This document shows, one piece after another, positions 1 through 9,276 of a stretch of DNA of 64,000 nt. This stretch comes from Clostridia bacterium. GTDB lineage: Bacteria > Bacillota > Clostridia > Oscillospirales > SIG627. The translations under genes and the position numbers were made by a program. The stretch spans positions 510 through 64,509 of the forward strand of contig JAFSGN010000021.1 in NCBI GenBank assembly GCA_017440805.1, read 5' to 3'. The notes beneath the pieces were generated by a model. It did no database searches. It saw only the letters and a list, made by a program, of their open reading frames with translations, and was not told the origin of the DNA. Every line of letters begins with the position of its first letter. Position 1 is the first letter of the stretch.

Positions 1-220
1 CGGTTCTTTCGAGAAGATAATCAACTGATACATTAAAATAATCTGCTATTTTAATCAGTTCATTTATTCCGGGTTCCCTTTCACCTGTTTCATATCTGCT
101 AATCGTATTTTGATTCATATTTAAATCCAAGGCTAATTTTAGTTGGGATATTATATCAACATTAAAGAAGTGCAGTAATGAAAAAGGACAGATTTCATTA
201 TGAAATCTGTCCTTTTTCAT
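1..220 (-). CDS. XRE-family helix-turn-helix protein, partial (continues past window start); 5' end ambiguous
   Basis: Minus-strand translation gives ...IISQLKLALDLNMNQNTISRYETGEREPGINELIKIADYFNVSVDYLLERT, a typical HTH_3 (Cro/C1) motif. The in-frame ATG at 220-218 lies behind a GGAG. Codons 2-13 would be encoded by a canonical terminator hairpin, so the true start is uncertain. Confidence 0.4.
   Translation of the reverse strand, partial: MKKDRFHNEICPFSLLHFFNVDIISQLKLALDLNMNQNTISRYETGEREPGINELIKIADYFNVSVDYLLERT
181..217. terminator. Perfect bidirectional rho-independent terminator hairpin
   Basis: AAAAAGGACAGATTTCA-tta-TGAAATCTGTCCTTTTT: a 17-bp perfect stem with A5/T5 flanks. Confidence 0.7.
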
Positions 221-340
221 CGATATAAATCTCCCCGGAGATTTTCTATGTCTTGCAGACTCGATAGTGCTGTCGCACTTGATATGTTGCCTTTTGGCAA
301 CGAGATTTATATCATATCGGATTTGCAATGTAAATATATT

Positions 341-375
341 AAAAAGCGGAGGTTACATCGCCACCTCCGCTTTTT
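341..375 (-). terminator. Terminator downstream of ahcY (bidirectional form)
   Basis: AAAAAGCGGAGGT-tacatcgcc-ACCTCCGCTTTTT, 43 nt past the ahcY stop. Confidence 0.8.
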
Positions 376-417
376 ATATTGCTGTCAGATTCATTTCTCA
401 AATCGGAAAAAATTCTG

Positions 418-1662
418 TCAGTCATCAATTTTGTTAAGATATGTAATTTGCTCGGGGGTGAGACGGTCAATAGATACTCCCATACTTTCAAGTTTTATTG
501 CCGCAACTTTTGCGTCAATTTCACGGGGGACCTGATAAACTTTGTGTTCAAGTGATTTTCCGTTCTTTACCAGATATTCAAGGCAAAGTGCCTGAATGCC
601 GAAACTCATATCCATTATCTCGGCGGGATGTCCGTTTCCTGCAGCAAGATTAACAAGGCGGCCGTCGGCGAGAAGGTTCAACACCCGTCCGTCTGCCATT
701 TTATATCCTCGTATATTCGGCTTTCGTTCCCAGATTTCAACCGCAAGGTTATCAAGTTCGTTCTTGTTTATTTCAACATCAAAATGTCCTGCGTTTGCAA
801 GAAGGACACCGTCTTTCATTACTTTGAAATGATTTTCGCGTATAACATCGGAACAACCGGTAAGTGTCACAAACAAATCTCCTATTTTGGCTGCCTCGTC
901 CATAGTCATTACGGTAAATCCATCCATAATTGCCTCTATGGCTTTTATCGGGTCAATTTCGGTAATTACAACAACAGCCCCCATACCTTTCGCACGCATC
1001 GCAAGACCTTTTCCGCACCATCCGTATCCGCCTATAACAACTGTTTTACCTGCAATAATAAGATTGGTTGAATTCATTATTCCGTCAAGTGTGGATTGAC
1101 CTGTACCGTAACGGTTATCAAAAAGGTGTTTACAGTCCGCATCATTTACATCTATCATGGTGTAATCTAATTTTCCCGCGTTTTGCCGTGCAAAGAGACG
1201 ATGGATTCCTGTTGTGGTTTCTTCACATCCGCCGATAAGATTTTTACCGTATTCACGGCAATCACCGTGAAGAAGTTGTATAAGGTCACCGCCGTCATCT
1301 ATCATAACATCAGGGCAAAGGGAAAGTGTTTTTTTGAGATGTTCAATATATTCTTGGTCTGTTGCACCGTGCCATGCATTTACTTCAAATCCTGCATCGG
1401 CAAGAGCCGCAGCAACATCGTCTTGCGTAGATAAAGGGTTACACCCTGTAATATAAACTTCAGCACCTCCTGCTGCAAGAGTCATAGCGAGGTACGCAGT
1501 TTTTGCCTCGAGGTGTATAGACATGGAAATTTTTTTGTTTTTAAACGGTTTTTCTTTTTTGAATGTTTCATTTATGGTGTTGAGAATGGGCATATAACTT
1601 TTCACCCAATTTATTTTATCATATCCGCTTTTTGCAAGGCTTATATCTTTAATGGCACTCAT
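418..1662 (-). CDS. ahcY: Adenosylhomocysteinase (S-adenosyl-L-homocysteine hydrolase)
   Basis: 414-aa ORF with the ahcY hallmark CNPLSTQDDVAAAL, EETTTGIHRL, and the NAD-binding GYGWCGKG motif. Confidence 0.93.
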   Translation of the reverse strand: MSAIKDISLAKSGYDKINWVKSYMPILNTINETFKKEKPFKNKKISMSIHLEAKTAYLAMTLAAGGAEVYITGCNPLSTQDDVAAALADAGFEVNAWHGATDQEYIEHLKKTLSLCPDVMIDDGGDLIQLLHGDCREYGKNLIGGCEETTTGIHRLFARQNAGKLDYTMIDVNDADCKHLFDNRYGTGQSTLDGIMNSTNLIIAGKTVVIGGYGWCGKGLAMRAKGMGAVVVITEIDPIKAIEAIMDGFTVMTMDEAAKIGDLFVTLTGCSDVIRENHFKVMKDGVLLANAGHFDVEINKNELDNLAVEIWERKPNIRGYKMADGRVLNLLADGRLVNLAAGNGHPAEIMDMSFGIQALCLEYLVKNGKSLEHKVYQVPREIDAKVAAIKLESMGVSIDRLTPEQITYLNKIDD

Positions 1663-1819
1663 TATGTATTCCTTTCATTAAAAAACATATTGTTTGAATT
1701 ATACCATATTTTTTGTAAAATGTAAAGGTGCATACTAAAATTTGATACACAAAACATATAGAAAAATTAATAAATAAAGTTTATACTGTCTATATAGTAA
1801 AAAAACGAGGTGGCATGAA

Positions 1820-2269
1820 ATGGATAAAATTTTAGTTTTTATATCAGTGTGTCTGTTGGCATTTGTTATGGTTTCCTGCAGGTCGGATATATCGGAAAAC
1901 ACAAATACATATAATTATGACAACGGGGAAATAAAAAGCGGAGATATGGAACAAACAGAATATAATACTGTCAATATCTATATAGGCTCGGAACTTAAAT
2001 ATACAAAAAAATATCCCAATACATCGTCGGTAACGGTATTTGACCTGATTGATACTTTTTGTCGTGAACAGGACATACAACTTTCGCATCTCGACGGATA
2101 TATCAATGGTATTGACGGTGTACTTAATTCTGCCGACAGAGGATGGTTTTACTATTTTAACGGAAATATGCCGGAGGCGTCAGCGGCAGATTATACAATA
2201 GTAAAAGGAAACGACAATGTTATTGATTTTAAATACTTAAAATTTTCAGAGGCGTTTCCCGAGAAATAA
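1820..2269 (+). CDS. DUF4430-type lipoprotein (transcobalamin-like fold family)
   Basis: Lipoprotein signal (LLAFVMVSC). The C-terminal GWFYYFNGNMPEASAADYTIVKGNDNVIDFKY resembles the DUF4430 signature. SD GAGGTGG lies 6 nt upstream. Confidence 0.65.
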   Translation: MDKILVFISVCLLAFVMVSCRSDISENTNTYNYDNGEIKSGDMEQTEYNTVNIYIGSELKYTKKYPNTSSVTVFDLIDTFCREQDIQLSHLDGYINGIDGVLNSADRGWFYYFNGNMPEASAADYTIVKGNDNVIDFKYLKFSEAFPEK

Positions 2270-2289
2270 ATTTCACAGAAAGGGAAAAT

Positions 2290-5200
2290 ATGAAACGCAA
2301 ACAACTTACAATTTTGCTACTTGCATCGTTTTGCTTAATGATTACAGTGACTTTAAGTATGGTGCTATATTATTTTTCCGGCAATTCTACAGTTGGAAGT
2401 GCCGTGTCCGATGACATCGGAGACGGAGTATACGATTTTATTCCGGTTGCCTCCGTAACCCGCAACGGAGAGGAACAAGATAAAGAAGTAAGGGGAGTGT
2501 GGATAACTTCTGCGTATAATATCGACTTTCCTTCAAAACCGGGACTGGATAAAAAAACACTTGAGAGTGAAATAGATTTAATAATTGAAAATGTCTTAAA
2601 ATCGGGTTTGAACACAATATTTTTCCAGGTTCATCCTACTGCGGATGCATTATATGAGTCTGACATTTTCCCTTCCTCCGCATATCTTACAGGGGAGCAG
2701 GGAAAGGAGACTGACGGTGGATTTGACCCCCTTGAATATATTATAAAAAAGGCCCATAAGAACGGAATAAAAATCCATGCGGGAGTAAATCCCTTTCGGA
2801 TTACTGCGGGTTCGCAGGATACATATCAACAGGATATTTCTGCACTGTCTCCCGATAACCCTGCGGTAATTAATAAGAGGTGGACAGTTAAGTATGACGA
2901 CGGAAAACTTTATTTTGACCCCGGTATTCCCGAGGTGAGAGACCTGATTGTTTCCGGCGTTGTGGAGATAGTTGAAAAATATGATGTAGACGGAATATAT
3001 ATAGACGATTATTTTTATCCGTATCCTGTTTATATTACAGATTCAGATAATAAAAAGGTCATTGCAGATTTTGACGACAGTTACAGTTACGGAAAATACG
3101 GTCAGGGAAAGGATAAAGGTGACTGGCGAAGAGAAAATATAAATACTTTTATAAGTTCCCTGCGTGATAGTGTCAAAACTGCGAGAGCCGACTGTATGTT
3201 TGGCGTTTCGTGTGCCGGTATCTGGGCAAATTCCTCAAGCCTTGAAGGCGGAAGCGATACTAACGGAATGCAAAGTTATTTTGATATATATGCAGATTCA
3301 AAGTACTGGATTGAAAACCAACTTATTGATTATATATGTCCGCAGATTTATTGGGATATGAATCATAAATTGGCACCCTTTGATGTCTTGTGCAAATGGT
3401 GGAGCAGTGTCGTTGACGGTACCGGAGTAGACCTTTATATCGGTCATGCCCTGTATAAAAACGAAGAATGGTCGGATAAGACCGAAATAATGCGACAGAT
3501 TGAATTTGCACGGAGTTGGTACGGATATAAGGGAAGTGTTCTGTACGGCTATGGTCAGATAAGAAACAATAATGACGATATTATATCCGGACTTTCGGGT
3601 ATATTTTATGAGGATTATTATCATCCGGATATTGTACCTACAGGAGAAGATGTGACAATCGGAAGTCCTGATAGCGATAGTTATGTAACTGCCGGTAAGC
3701 ATTATATACTCGGAAAGTCCGATCCCGGATATCCGCTTTATTACAACGGTAAAAAAATCCCCCGCACGCAAAACGGATACTTTAATATGTATGTTGATAT
3801 ACATAAAGGAGAGAATAAATTTGATTTTACTCAAAACGGCAAAGTTACTTCGGTAATATTAAAAACCAGGACAGAAACTGCCCCGTCGGGTGTAAAACCG
3901 CTTGAGGGTATGGTCATAAAAAACATTACTCCGTCCAACAATATTATAATATCTCCGGGCAGTGAGATTTCTCTATCCTGTGTTGCACCTGCAGGAAGCA
4001 CAGTTACTGTGTCGCTTGGTGAACAGACACTTACACTGAAACCTCAGGGGACTGCAGTAACATCCCCCGAGTATATGCCGCAGACCTATAAGGGAACACT
4101 AAAACTTCCTGAAAATGTTCCTGGTGATAAATTAAATAATCTGGGTAACATAACATTTACGGCGAAGTATAAAGACCGGATTGCAGTTGAAACGGCACAA
4201 AATGTTACTCTTAAACCGGAAGAGTATAATGTGTTTGCCTGCGTGACCTCCGATTATTCACATCTGAAAAAATCACCCTCATCAAGTTTTTATAATGATT
4301 ACTTGCCTGCATCAGTCGGAATGAGAGATTATATTGAAGGTCTTTCAGACGGTTACTACAAACTGAGGTTTGGTGGATATATTGCCGAACAAAACGCGAA
4401 ACTTGTCGAAAGTACGCTTCAGGATGGTGCAATACTTTCTGCAGTGTGTGAAAAAAACGACCAGAGCACTATAATCCGTTTTGGCGTTACTGAAAATGTA
4501 CCTGTTGACGCAAAGTGTTCAGACGGCATTTTCACAATTACTCTTTATAATGTTTCGGGTGAATATCCTGCTGTTCCTGTTGAATTGTGCGAAAATCCCT
4601 TGTTTTCCCGATGTGATGTGACGGAAGAGGATTTATACACGATTTACAGGTTAAAACTTAAACACCCCGATAATTACTATGGATTTAATGTGCGGTATGT
4701 TGAAGACTCAATAGAATTTACATTCAGAAATCCCACAAAAATTACCGATACAAATCTTCCGCTTGACGGCAAAACGATAATAGTCGATGCGGGACACGGA
4801 GGTAACGACAGCGGTGCACTTGGCTTTTTATCCAGGGGTGAAAATGCTCTTAACGAAAAAGACTTAAATTTACTCACTGCCCAAGCGGTTGCAAAATATC
4901 TCAGAGCGTTGGGGGCAGAGGTGATAATGACAAGGGATACAGACATTACTGTTGAGTTGGAACAAAGAATGCAATTTGTAAATGATACTGACGCGGACCT
5001 TTGTATATCGGTTCATCATAATTCACTGGACTATACAGTAAATGTAAGCAGAATACGCGGATTTGTCGCATTGTGGTGGGATAACAGCGGAGCATTACTT
5101 GCCAAGAGTGTTTCAAAAACAGTAACATCAGTGCTGAGCCGTTATGAGCGAACGCCTTCCTCTCAGAAACTTGCAATGTGCCGAAATCACAAATATCCGT

Positions 5201-5340
5201 CAACACTTCTTGAAATGGCATTTATGACATCTGCAGAAGAGTATGAAAATATAACAAATGACGCAAATATAGATTTGGCAGGCAGGGCAGTTGCCGAGGG
5301 CGTCATTAATTACTATAAACAACAGGAACAATTTATTTGA
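2290..5340 (+). CDS. Large secreted or anchored cell-wall enzyme: N-terminal glycoside-hydrolase-like GHL10 (DUF187/YngK-like) domain fused to a C-terminal N-acetylmuramoyl-L-alanine amidase (Amidase_3)
   Basis: 1016 aa with an N-terminal TM or signal segment. RGVWITS...NTIFFQV...DGIYIDDYFYP is typical of GHL10. The C-terminal IIVDAGHGGNDSGA...CISVHHNS...LLEMAFMTS is typical of Amidase_3. Confidence 0.8.
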   Translation: MKRKQLTILLLASFCLMITVTLSMVLYYFSGNSTVGSAVSDDIGDGVYDFIPVASVTRNGEEQDKEVRGVWITSAYNIDFPSKPGLDKKTLESEIDLIIENVLKSGLNTIFFQVHPTADALYESDIFPSSAYLTGEQGKETDGGFDPLEYIIKKAHKNGIKIHAGVNPFRITAGSQDTYQQDISALSPDNPAVINKRWTVKYDDGKLYFDPGIPEVRDLIVSGVVEIVEKYDVDGIYIDDYFYPYPVYITDSDNKKVIADFDDSYSYGKYGQGKDKGDWRRENINTFISSLRDSVKTARADCMFGVSCAGIWANSSSLEGGSDTNGMQSYFDIYADSKYWIENQLIDYICPQIYWDMNHKLAPFDVLCKWWSSVVDGTGVDLYIGHALYKNEEWSDKTEIMRQIEFARSWYGYKGSVLYGYGQIRNNNDDIISGLSGIFYEDYYHPDIVPTGEDVTIGSPDSDSYVTAGKHYILGKSDPGYPLYYNGKKIPRTQNGYFNMYVDIHKGENKFDFTQNGKVTSVILKTRTETAPSGVKPLEGMVIKNITPSNNIIISPGSEISLSCVAPAGSTVTVSLGEQTLTLKPQGTAVTSPEYMPQTYKGTLKLPENVPGDKLNNLGNITFTAKYKDRIAVETAQNVTLKPEEYNVFACVTSDYSHLKKSPSSSFYNDYLPASVGMRDYIEGLSDGYYKLRFGGYIAEQNAKLVESTLQDGAILSAVCEKNDQSTIIRFGVTENVPVDAKCSDGIFTITLYNVSGEYPAVPVELCENPLFSRCDVTEEDLYTIYRLKLKHPDNYYGFNVRYVEDSIEFTFRNPTKITDTNLPLDGKTIIVDAGHGGNDSGALGFLSRGENALNEKDLNLLTAQAVAKYLRALGAEVIMTRDTDITVELEQRMQFVNDTDADLCISVHHNSLDYTVNVSRIRGFVALWWDNSGALLAKSVSKTVTSVLSRYERTPSSQKLAMCRNHKYPSTLLEMAFMTSAEEYENITNDANIDLAGRAVAEGVINYYKQQEQFI

Positions 5341-5356
5341 GGATAAAACAAAAAGA

Positions 5357-5385
5357 AACGCACCCAAGTTTGTTTTGGGTGCGTT
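5357..5385. terminator. Bidirectional terminator between convergent genes
   Basis: AACGCACCCAA-gtttgtt-TTGGGTGCGTT with T/A runs on both sides. Confidence 0.7.
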
Positions 5386-5408
5386 GGATTTTATGCTTGT
5401 AAATAACT

Positions 5409-6659
5409 TTATCTCCAGGAAGAAGGTGTGGATACTATTGCTTCGCCGTACTTTGCAGCGATAAGTCCCAACATACCGCCTTTTGGAGCGGTGGGTGCAG
5501 AGGGGGTGATATCGGACAATTCATTATATACTTCAGCATAAGCAATACTGCGTGAAATCGGGTCGGAATAAACTGTAACAGGATTACCGTCATTACCTTC
5601 GTAGGTTATATACGATTTTGCGGTGATGTAAAGATCGCTGAACCCGTTAAGTCCGCGTAAAACACCGGTGTATATGATGTAACTGTCGTTTTCTCCCTTT
5701 GCATAATAACCGCCAACGGGTATTTTGATTGCATCCGGTGTGTCTACATCAAGTATTTCATCATTGAGAAGAACGGCGGGGTAACAAACGATACCTGCGT
5801 CCAGAATAACAACATCATTGTCATATGTTCCGTTGTCAGGATAGTATATGGAAGCAAAACGCAATTCGTTTGAAGATTTTTTCATCGAACCGACAATGTC
5901 GAAAGAAGGACCGTTATAAGAAGGATTGTAATAGTAACCGGCAGAACCGAGTATGGGGTAAATATCGGTTTTATTTCCGTCTGTAATTTCGTAGTAGTTT
6001 GCGTAAACTTTTGTTCTGTACCAGTTGCTTTCACCGGTCATTTCAAAGGGGATACGATATAATTCGTTGCTGTTCAATGTGGTTGAATCAAAAATATCGC
6101 TACCTGCATTAATCACTTTAACTTCGCCGTCGTTGTATGCTGTTGTATAACTGCTTTCGCCAAGGTCTTTAAGCGCCCATACATCAGTTACGGTTTCGTC
6201 AAAAGGAACGCGTGCAATAGTGGAAACTGAACTAACAGGAGCACCCTCGGGAGTTGTGTTTAAATTGTAAATAGTATATCCGTTCAAAAGCATCGGCTTT
6301 ACAACTTCGGGGTTGTAGTACAAGAGTGTATATGCAGCAGAGACTGTGACTCCGCTTGAAACGCCGGAGAGTTTGACCATAACATCAAAAGCATTTCCGG
6401 ACATGGGAATAACAGAATTGTTTTCAGGGTCATATAATTTTGGAACACTCAGTTTTGAAAAGAGTGTACTATTGGTCGGAACGGCAGACAATGTACCGTG
6501 TGACGCAGAAGTAACCCTGGCAGGATCTATGGCTAAAGTCTGCTCGGCAGCATAAAGCGACGGATTGCCTTCAAAAGTAACTTGTTCTGCAAATGCTGAA
6601 AAAGATAATGCAGAAATCAACAATAATGTGCAAAACAAAAGATTTATGTGTTTTCTCAT
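5409..6659 (-). CDS. Secreted protein of unknown function (N-terminal region possibly cohesin-like)
   Basis: 416 aa with a signal peptide ending SAFA-EQ. The segment GNAFDVMVKLSGVSSGVTVSAAYTLLYYNPEVVKP resembles cohesin-type beta-sandwich motifs. No catalytic motif recognised. Confidence 0.55.
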   Translation of the reverse strand: MRKHINLLFCTLLLISALSFSAFAEQVTFEGNPSLYAAEQTLAIDPARVTSASHGTLSAVPTNSTLFSKLSVPKLYDPENNSVIPMSGNAFDVMVKLSGVSSGVTVSAAYTLLYYNPEVVKPMLLNGYTIYNLNTTPEGAPVSSVSTIARVPFDETVTDVWALKDLGESSYTTAYNDGEVKVINAGSDIFDSTTLNSNELYRIPFEMTGESNWYRTKVYANYYEITDGNKTDIYPILGSAGYYYNPSYNGPSFDIVGSMKKSSNELRFASIYYPDNGTYDNDVVILDAGIVCYPAVLLNDEILDVDTPDAIKIPVGGYYAKGENDSYIIYTGVLRGLNGFSDLYITAKSYITYEGNDGNPVTVYSDPISRSIAYAEVYNELSDITPSAPTAPKGGMLGLIAAKYGEAIVSTPSSWR

Positions 6660-6847
6660 TACAAATATCCTTTCATATGTGTCCTGGGTGGTAAGACATA
6701 AAAATTATACCTGTAAATTATATCATCTATATGTACCCATATGTATGTATAATTGGTAAAAAAAATGTAAACATTGCAAAGTGTGTCGCTACACTTTTGA
6801 AAAAACGACATCACATTTCATAATTGATATAGGTTGAGACCACAGGT

Positions 6848-8755
6848 CTATTGATAGTTTGTAATAACAGTGCCGGGGAAATATGCATAAAGTATCTGGT
6901 CATAAGTATATCCCAGGTCTGCCATATCTTTTGCACCGTACTGGCTCAGACCAACGCCGTGTCCGTGGCCTTTGCCTATAATCTGCAAAGAACTGTCAGC
7001 AGTGACGGGGAGCGTTCCGGAAGAGGTGATTGCATGTAAATTGTCTGAGAAATTCACGGAATCTTCTCCCGATGAGGTGAGCACAGAATATGACGCCTGC
7101 GGAAGAATAGTGTCAAATGCGGAGTTAGCCTTGATTATAGGAATACCTCGTGCAAGAATGAAATTTGCGCTTTTTACATATTTTGAAAGCAGAATTCGTA
7201 TTCTGTCGGCTGTAGTTACCGTGTATTCTGAACCGTCGGCAGATACCAGCAGAACTTTTGTTACATATCCCGAAGGCATTGTTTCAATTATTTTTATATC
7301 TGTAATGGGAGAGGAAATTTTAGATGCATAAGAAGGCTTTGAGAGAATATAGTCTGAAAGTTCTTTCATGGTTACACTTGTTGACCACAGACCGTTGGAA
7401 TAAGAACTGTATTTTTCCCACGGGGTATTGACAGAAACCAGATACGGATACTTGTCGGGTGATGAACCCCAGACATTTGAAGCACTTTCTGTATATCCGC
7501 CCGAAATTGCATGGTAAAAAGTATGGGCGGGCTGGTTGTTGTAGGTAAGTATCAGATTAGTGGTAGCATCTACACAGGCATCCGAATATTCGGTGGAGCG
7601 TTTTCTTCCCATATATGCCTGACAGTGAGTTTCACTGCACATATCAAAGTTCTCGTTTTTGTGGAATGTTGTAAGAGCATATGTTCTTGCAGCAATAGAA
7701 AACGCCTTTATAGTTTCTTCCGGCCAGTTGTTGTGTATTTCGTACGGCACAACACTTTTGATGTAATCATCCATCTTGAGAATATTGATGAGAACCAGGC
7801 CTTCTGAGGAAGCAGTGTATTCGAAAGTACCTGCAAAAATATTTCCGACTGCAGTTGTAATATACGGAAGGGTGTCATATTCGACATCAGGCTCATTTAT
7901 CTCTATTTTTGTGGCCTCGGGACTCAATGCACCAATATGGATATCAACATCAAGCAATGTGTCGTCCTTCTTCTGTGACGAGGGAATGTCGGATTCTTTA
8001 TATCTTGGCGAGATGTTCAAAGGATAATTTTGAGTATCTGCACGAAGAACAATTTTTCCTGTCTGATTGTCAATAACCGTAATATACGAGTCGGAATGGT
8101 ACTTTATCGCAAATTCCCGATTGTATACAGATGCAATTTTAGAATAGCGGTTAAGTGCATTTTCCTCAGATGTAAAATCTCCCAGTCCCAGATAGAGCCC
8201 GCCGTTATGAATAATCGGATATATGGGGTCATATCCGTTTTTTGATATTGCATAGGTCAGTTCCTGCTTGAGAGAATATTCATCCGGGAACACCGAAGTC
8301 ATTCTCAAAGCAACTACAGAGGCTTGTGCATTGGAAGCGGAGACAGTCTCGTATACACCGCTTGAATTTTTTGCTACATGGTTTTCCCGTACAACAGAAA
8401 TGGATTTTACGGGAGATGAATATGACAAAATCTCATTTCCGTTTTCATCACACATGAAAAATTGAAAACCTGTGGCAGAGGAAATTGAGTGATTCATTCT
8501 TAACAAGTCGTAAGAAGAATTTTTGAAAAAAAGAGCAACTCGAATATCTTTGTCAGATAATGGTGAAGCAGAAGATGTCATATCTTCTGCTTCATCTGAG
8601 TACGATATAATGGCATTTTCTTCGGCAGTTTCAATTTCAGCGGCACCTGCACTGAACATAGCACCGATTCCTGCAGTTATAAACACACTAAGCACAAATA
8701 TAGCAGCCAGAACAATAGCCATTATTCTTACAAACTTTTTATTCACGGATTTCAT
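6848..8755 (-). CDS. SpoIID/LytB domain protein (lytic-transglycosylase-type peptidoglycan remodelling enzyme) with a long N-terminal extension
   Basis: 635 aa with an N-terminal TM. FSIAARTYAL...CSETHCQAYMG...TFYHAISGGYTESASNVWG is the SpoIID family core. The start overlaps the upstream gene by 17 nt. Confidence 0.8.
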   Translation of the reverse strand: MKSVNKKFVRIMAIVLAAIFVLSVFITAGIGAMFSAGAAEIETAEENAIISYSDEAEDMTSSASPLSDKDIRVALFFKNSSYDLLRMNHSISSATGFQFFMCDENGNEILSYSSPVKSISVVRENHVAKNSSGVYETVSASNAQASVVALRMTSVFPDEYSLKQELTYAISKNGYDPIYPIIHNGGLYLGLGDFTSEENALNRYSKIASVYNREFAIKYHSDSYITVIDNQTGKIVLRADTQNYPLNISPRYKESDIPSSQKKDDTLLDVDIHIGALSPEATKIEINEPDVEYDTLPYITTAVGNIFAGTFEYTASSEGLVLINILKMDDYIKSVVPYEIHNNWPEETIKAFSIAARTYALTTFHKNENFDMCSETHCQAYMGRKRSTEYSDACVDATTNLILTYNNQPAHTFYHAISGGYTESASNVWGSSPDKYPYLVSVNTPWEKYSSYSNGLWSTSVTMKELSDYILSKPSYASKISSPITDIKIIETMPSGYVTKVLLVSADGSEYTVTTADRIRILLSKYVKSANFILARGIPIIKANSAFDTILPQASYSVLTSSGEDSVNFSDNLHAITSSGTLPVTADSSLQIIGKGHGHGVGLSQYGAKDMADLGYTYDQILYAYFPGTVITNYQ

Positions 8756-9275
8756 ACTCTCCTCTCACCATAATATATATCTCATCGGAAACTGCGATGA
8801 TGCCTCTGCCATCATCGCCCCTCGGAATGAGGCAATAGTGGTAACGAACCAGCGGTTCATCGTTAAGAAGTTCTCCTCCGTCGGTCATGTCACACACACC
8901 CTGGTCCATAAATGCCGATACGGCATTTGCTTTTCCTGAACGGAGAATCAATTCGGTGGGCGAAAGTGCATACAACACCTGACCTTTGGTCAGATGAACA
9001 ACCTCATACACATCGGATTTCGGTACAAGGGGCTGATTGTTGTCTGTCGGTGTATCCTGATTTGCAGTGTCATCGGGAACTTGCGAGGACACATAATTTT
9101 TCTGGATATACAGTACCAGTTCATCTTTTAAACGGGGGGCAAGGACTTCCTCCACATAACTCAGAGTGACCAATGGATCGTTGGATGTATCTGCTGCGTA
9201 AGTGGAAGACACCACAGAAGCACAAATTGCAGAAAAAATAACAATAACGGCAAAAATAAGGTGTATTTTTTTCAT
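8739..9275 (-). CDS. Secreted hypothetical protein (178 aa)
   Basis: Signal peptide (AICASVVSSTYA-AD). SD AAGGAGAG sits inside the end of the upstream gene. The gene is 1 nt from the upstream stop and overlaps the downstream start. Confidence 0.6.
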   Translation of the reverse strand: MKKIHLIFAVIVIFSAICASVVSSTYAADTSNDPLVTLSYVEEVLAPRLKDELVLYIQKNYVSSQVPDDTANQDTPTDNNQPLVPKSDVYEVVHLTKGQVLYALSPTELILRSGKANAVSAFMDQGVCDMTDGGELLNDEPLVRYHYCLIPRGDDGRGIIAVSDEIYIMVRGEYEIRE

Positions 9276-9276
9276 T

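Noticed and set aside
200-535. A 111-aa plus-strand ORF spanning two terminators and the end of ahcY.
   Set aside because: It runs through two canonical terminator hairpins and antisense into ahcY. It has no SD and its sequence is not protein-like.
1663-1819. A possible SAH riboswitch in the ahcY 5' region.
   Set aside because: The 157-bp divergent spacer is extremely AT-rich. It has no GC-rich pseudoknot-forming segments like the SAH aptamer. It only has room for two promoters.
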